In this document: one piece after another, positions 44,856 through 53,630 of the stretch
How the letters are laid out: the number at the start of each line of letters is the position of its first letter
How positions within the stretch are numbered: the stretch's first letter is position 1
Source of the DNA: a virus
DNA: 64,000 nt
Strand: one strand, 5' to 3'
IMG/VR virus record: IMGVR_UViG_3300045988_181101
Translations under genes and position numbers: made by a program
The notes under the pieces: model-generated
The model's database searches: none
Seen by the model: the letters and a program-made list of their open reading frames with translations, nothing else
Told to the model about the DNA's origin: nothing

Positions 44856-45024
44856 TTTCCTTATAATTAAAAAATTTATCACATGGACAATAATCTTCAT
44901 CTTCTCTAAATGGACAACTATCACATGAAGGACAATCGTCTATTGAATTTGCCTTGAATACAGAGAAGATGATTGTCATATATAATACTATTATTATTAG
45001 ACCTACAATTATAATTGCTACCAT
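44845..45024 (-). CDS. small membrane protein with Cys-rich tail (59 aa)
   Basis: Hand-translated MVAIIIVGLIIIVLYMTIIFSVFKANSIDDCPSCDSCPFREDEDYCPCDKFF... The stop overlaps the next ATG. It is one codon under the track cutoff. Confidence 0.45.
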   Translation of the reverse strand: MVAIIIVGLIIIVLYMTIIFSVFKANSIDDCPSCDSCPFREDEDYCPCDKFFNYKENDK

Positions 45025-45122
45025 AATATACTTTTTATTAAATTAAAAATAGGAACAATATTATCTTCACAGACACTTGTTCCTTTCAACTACTTAATGT
45101 ATGAATGTTAAACAAGTCTTTG

Positions 45123-45198
45123 TACTCGAAGCGGGACTTGAACCCGCACAGCCGCAATGGCCAAAGGATTTTAAGTCCTTCGTGTCTACCATTCGAGC
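45123..45198 (-). tRNA. tRNA-Leu(UAA)-like, with abnormally short D region
   Basis: Hand fold: acceptor GCTCGAA/TTCGAGT, anticodon stem AAGGA/TCCTT with loop CTTAAAA, long variable arm TGGCCATTGCGGCTGT and T arm GCGGG-TTCAAGT-CCCGC. Only 9 nt lie where a D arm is expected. Confidence 0.6.
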
Positions 45199-45204
45199 AT
45201 TTGT

Positions 45205-45274
45205 TGGACTAAGAGGATTCGAACCTCTACAAACAGAACCAAAACCTGTTGTGCTACCATTACACCATAATCCA
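45205..45274 (-). tRNA. tRNA-Gln(UUG)
   Basis: Hand fold: acceptor TGGATTA/TAGTCCA, D arm GTGT-AATGGTA-GCAC, anticodon stem ACAGG/TCTGT with loop TTTTGGT, and T arm AGAGG-TTCGAAT-CCTCT. Confidence 0.8.
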
Positions 45275-45568
45275 ATAATTCATAGACCTTCAAAAGCGAC
45301 CTCCACTTATATTTCAATTCTTACTCTCGGTCAATTCCACGAATCAAGAATAGAAGGTCAATGAATATTTAAGAGAGAACATGATCAAATGCATAAAGTA
45401 TAACAAATAAAAGACGAACCTTTCACGTCACGACTACAAATGTAGAAGGGCTTTTGGTAAATAATCAAAATAATAATCAATGTCCTCTTTTTTGTCAACT
45501 ACCTTAGACTTGGCTACGTTTATAAAGGTATACGGCTCCTCTTTAAATAGAGAATAAAGAATAGGTTT

Positions 45569-45706
45569 TTATTTCTTTTTCAATATAGATAATCTTTCTA
45601 ATAGAGAAGTCTTGAATCGACCTTCGTTTTCATGATTACACACATTTAAACATTGTGAATAAACTCTCTTCAAATACTTTCTTTTCTGTCTTTCTACGTT
45701 CGTCAT
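45569..45706 (-). CDS. small basic hypothetical protein (45 aa)
   Basis: Hand-translated MTNVERQKRKYLKRVYSQCLNVCNHENEGRF... A promoter box at 45744-45752 lies upstream. Confidence 0.3.
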   Translation of the reverse strand: MTNVERQKRKYLKRVYSQCLNVCNHENEGRFKTSLLERLSILKKK

Positions 45707-45731
45707 TTTTAAATTCTCCTTTCTGTTGTTA

Positions 45732-46304
45732 TTAATTATTGTCTAAAGATACTAACTTATCTATCGTTTCAGCAAGTTGTTCTATCACATCACTATTTAA
45801 ATTTGAGTCGCTCAACGACTTTAATATTAATGCTTCTTTCATTCCCTTGTAGGCGATGTAGCATTTACTTTCGTTTATAATAGGAGTAGGATTGTTGGTT
45901 AATCTTTCTATCTCTCGTTCAAGCTCGTTAAGTTTCTCAGCCTGTTTGTCGATTACATAATTAAGTTCATCAATCTTCTTGTCCTTTGCGCTTAATTCTA
46001 TGATAAGTCTATTACATTCATTTTCATCTTCTTTCTCTTCAATAGGTTTACTCACTTGCATCTTATTAGCATTCATTTCTTTAAATTCTTGTAGTATCTT
46101 TTCTTTTTCTTCGTTTGATACTCGACCTTTACCTTTATTCCTTTCAATTAGTGAACAATTAGTTAACTTCACTTGAACCTTCTTATCCTCTAAAGTGTTA
46201 ATTAGTGCATTACCGTCTTTAAATGATATTACTGTTCCACCATTTAAGTTTCCTTCATGATCCTTGTATTTAACAAGACTTCCTACTTTAATACTTTGTG
46301 CCAT
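45732..46304 (-). CDS. coiled-coil hypothetical protein downstream of sigma factor
   Basis: 190-aa ORF that overlaps the sigma-factor gene by 17 nt. Confidence 0.7.
   Translation of the reverse strand: MAQSIKVGSLVKYKDHEGNLNGGTVISFKDGNALINTLEDKKVQVKLTNCSLIERNKGKGRVSNEEKEKILQEFKEMNANKMQVSKPIEEKEDENECNRLIIELSAKDKKIDELNYVIDKQAEKLNELEREIERLTNNPTPIINESKCYIAYKGMKEALILKSLSDSNLNSDVIEQLAETIDKLVSLDNN
45744..45752 (-). promoter_or_regulatory. -7 box GTATCTTTA with TTG 21 nt upstream
   Basis: The minus strand reads CAACTTG-N21-TATCTTTAG, inside the 3' end of 45732-46304 and facing the tRNA region. Confidence 0.45.
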
Positions 46305-46791
46305 ACTCTTTTATAATTTTCTTTCTTATGTGATGTATTTTACTCTTTACTGTTCCTAAAGATATTTCAAGTATCTGTGCTATCTCTTCGTAGAGGTATC
46401 CATTATAATAACCTAAGAAACACCTCTTGTCTACAATTGGTACATTAATACTATCTATTATCTTTATTAGGTCTTCATATTCTCCTGTCCAAAACCTCTC
46501 TTTACTTTCACATCTATCCTTGATGAACTCTTTATCTTCTTCATCGTACTTTTGGTCCTGTCTATTTGATTCCTGTCTATACTTATTGAGGAACAAATTT
46601 CGTATAATAGTCGCAATCCATTTTTCACAATCTTTCTCGTTACCACTAAACTGATTGTATTTGCTCAACGCATTTAGAACAGCTTCTTGTGCGATATCTT
46701 GTGCTTCTTCTATATTACAAGTCAACTTTAGTGCATAACAATAGAAGAACTTGTACTTCTTTTGGACTACTTCTTGTATTATTTCTTTCAT
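46288..46791 (-). CDS. ECF-type (sigma-70 family) RNA polymerase sigma factor
   Basis: Region 2-like AQDIAQEAVLNALSKYNQF...WIATIIRNLFLNKYR and region 4-like YEEIAQILEISLGTVKSKIHHIRKKI. Confidence 0.85.
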   Translation of the reverse strand: MKEIIQEVVQKKYKFFYCYALKLTCNIEEAQDIAQEAVLNALSKYNQFSGNEKDCEKWIATIIRNLFLNKYRQESNRQDQKYDEEDKEFIKDRCESKERFWTGEYEDLIKIIDSINVPIVDKRCFLGYYNGYLYEEIAQILEISLGTVKSKIHHIRKKIIKEYGTKY

Positions 46792-46979
46792 TCCATTGAA
46801 TTAAGCATTTTCTGATATCTTTCTATTCTATTAGAACATATTCTAATATTATGTTCTATTAAAAATATAGGTCCTTCAAAACTCAACCATTGGTCTATTT
46901 GTTTTCTTGTTTTGTCTATAAGAGACATTAACTCTTCTTTTGTCATCGTTTCCATAATTTGTAGTCTTTTTTCTTTCAT
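46788..46979 (-). CDS. small hypothetical protein upstream of sigma factor
   Basis: 63-aa ORF with a 4-nt overlap with the sigma-factor gene. Confidence 0.6.
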   Translation of the reverse strand: MKEKRLQIMETMTKEELMSLIDKTRKQIDQWLSFEGPIFLIEHNIRICSNRIERYQKMLNSME

Positions 46980-47239
46980 GTCCTAAAGGTCTACTTTATT
47001 ATTCAATTAGACAACATCTTGACCACAATTATTGTCCTTTTTGGTACACTTTATTTTCCATTTTTCTTGATACATTTATAAGATCAATTAAAGGTCGATA
47101 CATGCGTTATATATAATTTTCGCTGCACTAAAACACAAGTTTTGTTGTCCATTTTAATATTGACATTTTTCTTTATTTTAAGATTGGAGATTGACAATCA
47201 TCACGACTCCCAATCTCCCATGTTAGCGCATATATGACA

Positions 47240-48337
47240 TTAATTTCTCAGTGCTTTTAGTCTTTGTAAGACTTTATTTTTCATATCTTGTTCTTCTATT
47301 ACTACAGCGTCTTCAATGTCTGAACTCATTTCATTTAGGAATTTCTTATTCTCTTCTTTTATTTCTTCCCAGTTATATTGTTTGATTAGGTCACCAGGTA
47401 GCATTATCTTTTCACTTCCTAATATATTCTTATTGAAGCCGTTAAAGTCTTTATACCAAGATTTTGCAAGTTGATTTATCATTATATCAGGTTTAATTCC
47501 TGCTTTTGCAGACACGAGTCCAATTACTATACTATTGATAGGTAAATCACGCATTACTCTACTTATGTTTTCTCCTCCATGAATAGTTGCATTGATATCT
47601 ATTTTTCCATCTACAGTAAGTTTTAACTCATTGCCTTTCACTTCTTTACGTGCTTGTTCAAGAAGACTTCTTACTTCTCGAGACATTGTCAATGCTTTTG
47701 TTTCAAGTCCTCTACTTATGTAGTCTTCGTACTTTAGTAGAAGGTCTGTAAGCATATCGTTTATAATCTCAAGTCGTCCTGCTTCTGTCGATACTCTATA
47801 TTTGTCTGATTTTAAGGCGAATTTAGCTTGTCTCTGTTCTATTAATGTCTTGTTTTCATTATAGAATTTTGCAAGATCTGCATCATCTAAATCGTATCCT
47901 TCACGTTGTTTTATTGTCTTTTTTACGTCCTTTACCGAATACATAGATCCAAAAAGGTCGAGTAACATTGGTGTAAGTTTAGCAAGTGCTTTTGATTTAT
48001 TATTGTATAAATCAAACGTATTCAGGTATTTATTACGTGCTCTATTGTATTCACCAAGTAGAGGCATGAGTACTTTTGCTCTAATTTCTTGTGCATCTTT
48101 AATTGAATCTTCTGATGCTCCTCTATTCTTCATTACTCCTTTGGCATTCACGTATTTAAGATCGATTGAATGTAGTACACCATTTCTTCCTTCATACGTT
48201 AGAAATCTATCAGGACATTCATCAATCTTTCTTCGTGCCCTTTCATATTCTATATATATGTCTTGCATATATTTTGATGCTATTTGAACAAAGTCAGGAG
48301 CGTCTTTTAATATATCTTCTCTTGTTACGTTACTCAT
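47240..48337 (-). CDS. hypothetical protein
   Basis: 365-aa ORF flanked by gaps of 224 bp and 260 bp. No motif recognised. Confidence 0.75.
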   Translation of the reverse strand: MSNVTREDILKDAPDFVQIASKYMQDIYIEYERARRKIDECPDRFLTYEGRNGVLHSIDLKYVNAKGVMKNRGASEDSIKDAQEIRAKVLMPLLGEYNRARNKYLNTFDLYNNKSKALAKLTPMLLDLFGSMYSVKDVKKTIKQREGYDLDDADLAKFYNENKTLIEQRQAKFALKSDKYRVSTEAGRLEIINDMLTDLLLKYEDYISRGLETKALTMSREVRSLLEQARKEVKGNELKLTVDGKIDINATIHGGENISRVMRDLPINSIVIGLVSAKAGIKPDIMINQLAKSWYKDFNGFNKNILGSEKIMLPGDLIKQYNWEEIKEENKKFLNEMSSDIEDAVVIEEQDMKNKVLQRLKALRN

Positions 48338-48407
48338 ATTGGGACTAATTTTTAATTTATGCGCAAAATTACAGTAAAAAGTTCAATCACGCAATGAGAT
48401 ACTTATT

Positions 48408-48548
48408 TTAGTACCAAATATCACTTAAAATAGGAGTTTCTTCATCTTCAAGTAGACCTAATTCTTGTTGAAGTTTAACTGTATTTAGATTTATACTGAC
48501 ATCAATAATATCAATACCAAAATTTTCAATTAATTCTATATCGTTCAT
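48408..48548 (-). CDS. small acidic hypothetical protein (46 aa)
   Basis: Hand-translated MNDIELIENFGIDIIDVSINLNTVKLQQELGLLEDEETPILSDIWY. Confidence 0.3.
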   Translation of the reverse strand: MNDIELIENFGIDIIDVSINLNTVKLQQELGLLEDEETPILSDIWY

Positions 48549-48561
48549 ATCATTTCATTTG

Positions 48562-48846
48562 TTAAAGTATTTTTGCATAATCTTCAATAGGATACAATAC
48601 GTACCAAAAAGTATCTTCTTTATTAAACTCAACAAGTATCTCTTCTTTACCTCTATAAACTGAACATTGTTCTTTCCAACCAAAACTTGAATCAAGTGGA
48701 CGAACTATTATAGAATTAAGATATAAATTATATCCAACTATCTCAGCCTCGACATCAAACTTAAAGAGAAATACCTTTTTCTTTAAATTCTTTTTTACAA
48801 ATTCAATTAGCGTTTTCATAATGTCTATAAATTGATTCTCGTGCAT
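48562..48846 (-). CDS. hypothetical protein
   Basis: 94-aa ORF. Confidence 0.6.
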   Translation of the reverse strand: MHENQFIDIMKTLIEFVKKNLKKKVFLFKFDVEAEIVGYNLYLNSIIVRPLDSSFGWKEQCSVYRGKEEILVEFNKEDTFWYVLYPIEDYAKIL

Positions 48847-49141
48847 GTCTCATATCTTCATCTCTTAATGGCACCAAACTCAAACATCTTACTTGATTTA
48901 AATATAAGTTTGATGAATTATATTTTACATTTTGTGTTGAATAAACTTCAACTTCTGCTAAGTAGAATGTGATATCTTTATCAATATAAGGTTCAAAATT
49001 ATAAGCAAATACACTCATCAAATGTTGTTGATCTCTTTCATCTCTATATTCAAGTCTAAAATTGCATATATATTCACCATTCTCTTTATAAGTTTTGGTT
49101 ACTTGTCTCTTGTGAATATTCGCTATTACTTTCTGTACCAT
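48803..49141 (-). CDS. hypothetical protein
   Basis: 112-aa ORF. Confidence 0.65.
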   Translation of the reverse strand: MVQKVIANIHKRQVTKTYKENGEYICNFRLEYRDERDQQHLMSVFAYNFEPYIDKDITFYLAEVEVYSTQNVKYNSSNLYLNQVRCLSLVPLRDEDMRHARESIYRHYENAN

Positions 49142-49271
49142 AATTATTGTTATTAAATGATCTTACTTCAATACAAGCACTTTTATCTTGATATGGACAA
49201 TTTTGTTGATAAATACAACTTTCACATACTTTAGAGAAACTCTTGTTTATATCTTTTATTGTTCTTGGCAT
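49086..49271 (-). CDS. small Cys-containing hypothetical protein
   Basis: 61-aa ORF with CESCIYQQNCPYQDKSAC. Confidence 0.5.
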   Translation of the reverse strand: MPRTIKDINKSFSKVCESCIYQQNCPYQDKSACIEVRSFNNNNYGTESNSEYSQETSNQNL

Positions 49272-49373
49272 ATTGATCGTTTTTATTCGTTTTATAAAGA
49301 GGAACTGTCTTAATTGCAGGAATTAATAAATAGGTATGGTTTAACTTTTGTTTAACAATTAAAAACAGTTCCT

Positions 49374-49523
49374 TTATTTATATCTTTCAAAGTATTTACA
49401 ACCGTTCTTTCTTGATGCTTTAATACGATGTTGTAATTTTGTACAATACATAAAGAAATTCACACATCGGTAATATTTACATATACTACAATGTCTATCT
49501 TCTTTTGATTTCGTATTAGTCAT
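49374..49523 (-). CDS. small Cys-rich hypothetical protein
   Basis: The start is set at MTNTKSKEDRHCSICKYY (ATG 49521-49523), because the track N-terminus covers the promoter box at 49548-49556. Confidence 0.5.
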   Translation of the reverse strand: MTNTKSKEDRHCSICKYYRCVNFFMYCTKLQHRIKASRKNGCKYFERYK

Positions 49524-49547
49524 ATTAGTTGTTTTCTTTTTATATTG

Positions 49548-49556
49548 TAAAGATAC
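49548..49556 (-). promoter_or_regulatory. -7 box GTATCTTTA with TTG 19 nt upstream
   Basis: The minus strand reads AAGTTG-N19-TATCTTTAC. Confidence 0.5.
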
Positions 49557-49573
49557 CAATAATTTATCTATAG

Positions 49574-49807
49574 TCAACTTTTTAGTTCCACATTCTGCTC
49601 AAGTTTATAACCCTTTTCTTTTAGGAAGATTTTCACAACAATCCTATTCAACATCTTCTTTCCATAATGCATATAAGAACCTACAAGATTGTTTTCAACT
49701 TCCCATTTTTTAAACGTTTCACTTTCTATGAATTTCCATAGAAGTTTGTCAAAATCTTCATTTGATAGTATCTTTTGTTCACCTTTTGGATTTGTTATGC
49801 TTACCAT
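49574..49807 (-). CDS. hypothetical protein
   Basis: 77-aa ORF. Confidence 0.6.
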   Translation of the reverse strand: MVSITNPKGEQKILSNEDFDKLLWKFIESETFKKWEVENNLVGSYMHYGKKMLNRIVVKIFLKEKGYKLEQNVELKS

Positions 49808-50343
49808 TACTCCAATTGTTTATGATATGAACTTACTTCCATTGTAGACATCAAATTTTGAATTCTTGAAATTCTTTCCCAATCCTCCAAAGTAAGTGTT
49901 TTATGTTCATTATCTTCTTGATTGTGAGAAATTTCATTTTTAGAAATAAATGCATCAAATAAATCATTCAAAGATGATTTCATAATTTTACTCCATTCCT
50001 TACGATAGAATTCAAACATTCCTTTAAGATCTATATACTCGATACGTGTTAAATCAAACTCAATTATATTAGGTCTTGATTTACTTGTAAAATAAGATAT
50101 CTTTTTGTTGTTTGTAACTTTAGCATAACATTGAAACAACAATTGTTTATCAAACTTATTATTGTATTTGATTTTAAATACATATCGCTTTTTCTCTTCT
50201 TTAAAAAGATCTTCAATGTTTACATTATGAAGTTTACATAGATTTTCAAGTACATGTTTAGCATTAGATGCTTCACCATCAAGTCCTCTATCAACAAGCT
50301 CTTTAAGTTTGATTATTTTGTCTATAATTTTATCGTATTCCAT
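49807..50343 (-). CDS. DUF2786-like protein
   Basis: The N-terminal IIDKIIKLKELVDRGLDGEASNAKHVLENLCKLHNV follows the DUF2786 pattern. Confidence 0.45.
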   Translation of the reverse strand: MEYDKIIDKIIKLKELVDRGLDGEASNAKHVLENLCKLHNVNIEDLFKEEKKRYVFKIKYNNKFDKQLLFQCYAKVTNNKKISYFTSKSRPNIIEFDLTRIEYIDLKGMFEFYRKEWSKIMKSSLNDLFDAFISKNEISHNQEDNEHKTLTLEDWERISRIQNLMSTMEVSSYHKQLE

Positions 50344-50345
50344 AA

Positions 50346-50633
50346 TTACAATTTTATCTTTTGAGTGTAAATAAGTTCACCTCTATATCCTCGTGAAATC
50401 AATTCATCCATTAATTGTCTTGGAGTGAAATCTTTTAATTTAGGATTACCATTTTCAAGATTACTTATTCTTTCTTTTCGTCTTGCAGTTCTCTTTTGAG
50501 CATAATTTTGGTTTTGCTTTTTTTGACAATCCCTACAATAAGCCTGAAGTCCATCAGGACGACTTGAATTTTTACTAAAAGAATCTAACGGTAAAATTCT
50601 TTCACAACGTGGGCAAAGTTTAGTTTCTTCCAT
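50346..50633 (-). CDS. zinc-ribbon protein related to the N-terminus of the HNH paralogs (no HNH domain)
   Basis: CPRCERILPLDSFSKNSSRPDGLQAYCRDC parallels 7400-8314 and 52039-52683. Confidence 0.6.
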   Translation of the reverse strand: MEETKLCPRCERILPLDSFSKNSSRPDGLQAYCRDCQKKQNQNYAQKRTARRKERISNLENGNPKLKDFTPRQLMDELISRGYRGELIYTQKIKL

Positions 50634-50683
50634 GACTATTCTTATTTAAAATTTATACATTATTTCTATAATTCTTCAATTTT

Positions 50684-50769
50684 TTAGTTGTCCTTTTCTT
50701 TTGATATTGTAAAGATACGACTTATTTTGGAGATAACAAACGTTTATCTATATTTATGGTCGAAATTAA
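50684..50769 (-). promoter_or_regulatory. conserved promoter/stem-loop cassette, copy C
   Basis: It has the same core as copies A, B and D. The distal part is shared with A and the proximal variant with B. Confidence 0.65.
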
Positions 50770-50829
50770 AGTTTATTAAGAAAGGACAACTTGTTTCACA
50801 ACAAATCGCCCTTGAAACTAATTAAATAA

Positions 50830-51261
50830 TCATGGCTTGACAAAATAAAGGATTTTTGTTTCTTTTATATCTACAACTCTTGCAGTACAATAGTTTTCAG
50901 TTAATTCCTCTGAAGCAATTCTATTAGCTTCTTCAGTATCTTTTGCTTGGATCAAATAATTTATATTGTAAACCTTTTCTTTACCTTTTTCATTTATTTC
51001 AATCCAAACTCCTTTTACTACGTAATAAGAACCTTCTTTATCTTCATTAGGAATAAATCGAAATACATTCAACTCTTTGATAGGTGAAATTTCAAAGTCT
51101 ACATTTATATTTTCTTCACCCCATTTTGTAGCAAGTGCTTCAGCTTCAGTATAATTTACAGCTTCACAAGCTATGACGTTGGTGAACTTCTTAATTTTCA
51201 TTGATGTTGAATTTTCATCTACATCATAGTACGTCAATGTTATTTCGAAAAACTTATCCAT
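50830..51261 (-). CDS. DUF4494-like protein
   Basis: FFEITLTYYDVDENSTSMKIKKFTNVIACEAVNYTEAEALA...DFEISPIKE follows the pattern of the Bacteroidota DUF4494 family. It overlaps the upstream gene by 8 nt. Confidence 0.5.
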   Translation of the reverse strand: MDKFFEITLTYYDVDENSTSMKIKKFTNVIACEAVNYTEAEALATKWGEENINVDFEISPIKELNVFRFIPNEDKEGSYYVVKGVWIEINEKGKEKVYNINYLIQAKDTEEANRIASEELTENYCTARVVDIKETKILYFVKP

Positions 51262-52042
51262 TGTTATTGCAACATTTCTTCAAATATCGAACATTTGATT
51301 CGATAAGTTCCATTTGTTCTTCTTTGATTTCTTTTTCAAAATAATCTGAAGGTGTAGGAATACGTTCGAACTTCTCTACTTTTTCAATATCTTGTCCATT
51401 TATTGCTGCAAGTATTGGATAACAACTATCTGTAGACCTAAAGATTTTCTCATTCTTATAAGGAATAAATTCTTTAGGATCACCTTGTCCAAGAAAATGA
51501 AGAGGTTTCGACAATGAATTGTATGATTTCAATTTTGATACAACTTTACTTCTTGCAAATGCAATGTTATCTGTATTCATTATATGTGGAATAGCTTTCT
51601 TACTCATTCCAATACAAGAAACATATCTATTCCACATAAAGAATTTATAACAATCATACCAATCTTCCCAATTTTTACCTTGAGGACAAGCAAGAATTGT
51701 CGTATTTAACAACTTTCCTTTTAATCTTGCTTCTTTCATCCATTCTAAGAATTGATTGAAATTGATTAATGTCTGTTTTCTATCGAACAATACGTCAAGA
51801 GGTATTACTTCATTAGGTTCTAATTCAAGTGTCAATTGAAATAATTCTTCATTAGTCAATATTTCACCTTCTTCTCCTGTACCATTATCAAGTATAGTAA
51901 AACGACCTTGTTTGATTGCTTCCTTTACATATTCACGATATCGTTCATTTTTTTTATAATATTGACCTATAATATAGAGATTATTATCTCCTAACTCACT
52001 TAAATTTAGGTGTTTCATAGGAGGAGTTAAAAATATTTTCAT
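51254..52042 (-). CDS. TGT-fold transglycosylase, DpdA-like (candidate DNA 7-deazaguanine transglycosylase)
   Basis: LHFLGQGDPKEFI...FRSTDSCYPILAAINGQ parallels the TGT motif L-x-G-x-G-x-P...FDC-x-x-P-x(5)-NGQ. Confidence 0.55.
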   Translation of the reverse strand: MKIFLTPPMKHLNLSELGDNNLYIIGQYYKKNERYREYVKEAIKQGRFTILDNGTGEEGEILTNEELFQLTLELEPNEVIPLDVLFDRKQTLINFNQFLEWMKEARLKGKLLNTTILACPQGKNWEDWYDCYKFFMWNRYVSCIGMSKKAIPHIMNTDNIAFARSKVVSKLKSYNSLSKPLHFLGQGDPKEFIPYKNEKIFRSTDSCYPILAAINGQDIEKVEKFERIPTPSDYFEKEIKEEQMELIESNVRYLKKCCNNNG

Positions 52043-52683
52043 TTTAAAGATTCTTTTATATTGTTAATAATTTCTTCAACATTATCTGGAATTTTTGCAT
52101 TTTTAATTCCTGAATTCTCATATCTCCACAATGGTTGTAAGTTTTTATAATTGAAACAAATTCTTAATTGTGTTTCATCTAATAAATTAAAATAACTTCT
52201 TGGAACAATATGATCAACTGCCCAACCATCTTTTCCACCATAATTTTCCCAACTCATTCCTTCTTTAAATTGAGATTCAAGATGTCGTTTTAAATGTTCG
52301 ATTGAACAACCAAGAAGGTCGAGTATGCTTTTATACCAATTACATTTATCAGGATTAGCTGGAGGAACATTCAATGCTTTGTAGAGTCTATTCATATATA
52401 ACATCGAAGTTCTATAATTTTCATCTAAAAATCTCTTTTTACTTCTTCGAGATTCTGCACCAGTTTCCTGTCGTTTTTGTCGAATCTTCTTTTGAGAAAT
52501 TCTTCCTTTTTCCGATTGTCTATATTTTTTATCAGCTAATTTTCCTTTCTCTGAATATTTATAACGAAATTTAGCAATCATAGAACATTCTTTGCAAATA
52601 TAATATAAACCATCTTTATACGATCTACATTTAAAGAATTCTGATTCGTCTTTATTTTTACAACATTTAGGACAATATTTCAT
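52039..52683 (-). CDS. HNH (His-Me finger) endonuclease with N-terminal zinc ribbon
   Basis: CPKCCKNKDESEFF...YYICKEC at the N-terminus, SEKGK repeats, and C-terminal WAVDHIVPRSYF...NLQPLWRYENSGIKN. Confidence 0.8.
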   Translation of the reverse strand: MKYCPKCCKNKDESEFFKCRSYKDGLYYICKECSMIAKFRYKYSEKGKLADKKYRQSEKGRISQKKIRQKRQETGAESRRSKKRFLDENYRTSMLYMNRLYKALNVPPANPDKCNWYKSILDLLGCSIEHLKRHLESQFKEGMSWENYGGKDGWAVDHIVPRSYFNLLDETQLRICFNYKNLQPLWRYENSGIKNAKIPDNVEEIINNIKESLK

Positions 52684-52730
52684 AAATTAAAATTCTAAAT
52701 GATCTATAGGTGGCGTTACAAATGCTTTCA

Positions 52731-53621
52731 TTATACTTCCTCCGTTCTAATAATAAGACAATTAGGTTGATCAATACACCAAGTGATTAATTCGTTTATG
52801 CCAAGTGATTCGTCACCATTTTCAATTTCTTCAAATGTAAGACCTTTATTCTTTTCTTTATCAACAAGTTTTTCAAATCTTTCTTTTCTTATTTCATTTG
52901 AAGCAGATAAATATATTATATTATAATCCAAATGAAGATGATTTAACTCACAAAGATACAACATTTGCTCTATAACAGATTTTTGTCTACAACCAACTAT
53001 ATAGACGTGTGCATCTGAAGTTACTTTTGTTAAAATATGAAATATTCTTTTAGCTATTTCCTTAGAAAGGAATCCTTCGAAAATACGTTTTTCTTCTTGT
53101 TTGATTTTTCTTACAATCTCTCCAACCTCTACTGTTACACATCCAACCTCTTTTATCTTCTCATTAACATAATAAGATTTTCCTGAAAAAGCTTTTCCAA
53201 CAACAAAAGTAACTAACGGTAATTTGTTATTATCTTCTTTTTCTTGTTTAATATTATCACATTCTTCTTTTTCAACTACAGCATAGTTTTCACCATCTTC
53301 ACTTACTTCAACACTATCAAAATCAAATTCCTTAAGTAATTGTTTTGCAATCATTTCACACGACATGGAACCGAAATCATAACATTCACAATGTGATTCA
53401 AATACTGGAAAATTTTGATTTATATATTGTTTTACTTTTCTTCTTAACAATATAAACTCTTCATCACGATTATCATGATTAACCCGTTTTTTACAGTTAA
53501 ATTTAAAAATATGTCTGTGAGATTGTTCTAAAAACTTCACTAAATCACCATGATTTTTTGATGCATCCGGATAATTATGAAATCCTTCTACTTCAAAACG
53601 AATTCCTACAAATGTTTTCAT
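52731..53621 (-). CDS. fusion of QueD/PTPS-like T-fold domain (tentative) and P-loop kinase-like domain
   Basis: N-terminal FEVEGFHNYPD...EQSHRHIFKF (His cluster as in QueD/PTPS) and C-terminal Walker A VVGKAFSGKSYYV. Confidence 0.45.
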   Translation of the reverse strand: MKTFVGIRFEVEGFHNYPDASKNHGDLVKFLEQSHRHIFKFNCKKRVNHDNRDEEFILLRRKVKQYINQNFPVFESHCECYDFGSMSCEMIAKQLLKEFDFDSVEVSEDGENYAVVEKEECDNIKQEKEDNNKLPLVTFVVGKAFSGKSYYVNEKIKEVGCVTVEVGEIVRKIKQEEKRIFEGFLSKEIAKRIFHILTKVTSDAHVYIVGCRQKSVIEQMLYLCELNHLHLDYNIIYLSASNEIRKERFEKLVDKEKNKGLTFEEIENGDESLGINELITWCIDQPNCLIIRTEEV

Positions 53622-53630
53622 ATCGAATTT

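Noticed and set aside
45284-45359. tRNA-sized element bounded by a 7-bp inverted repeat (GACCTTC/GAAGGTC) next to the tRNA genes
   Set aside because: No T arm (GTTCGAATC-like), D arm or anticodon stem could be folded in either orientation. It may be a processing hairpin or a chance repeat.
45101-45364. 87-aa plus-strand ORF
   Set aside because: It is the antisense read-through of the two minus-strand tRNA genes, which accounts for the GC-rich stems. It has no gene context.
47192-47226. Hairpin GGAGATTG...CAATCTCC after gene 47240-48337 as a terminator
   Set aside because: It has an 8-bp stem with a 17-nt loop and no clear T tract. This is too weak to annotate.
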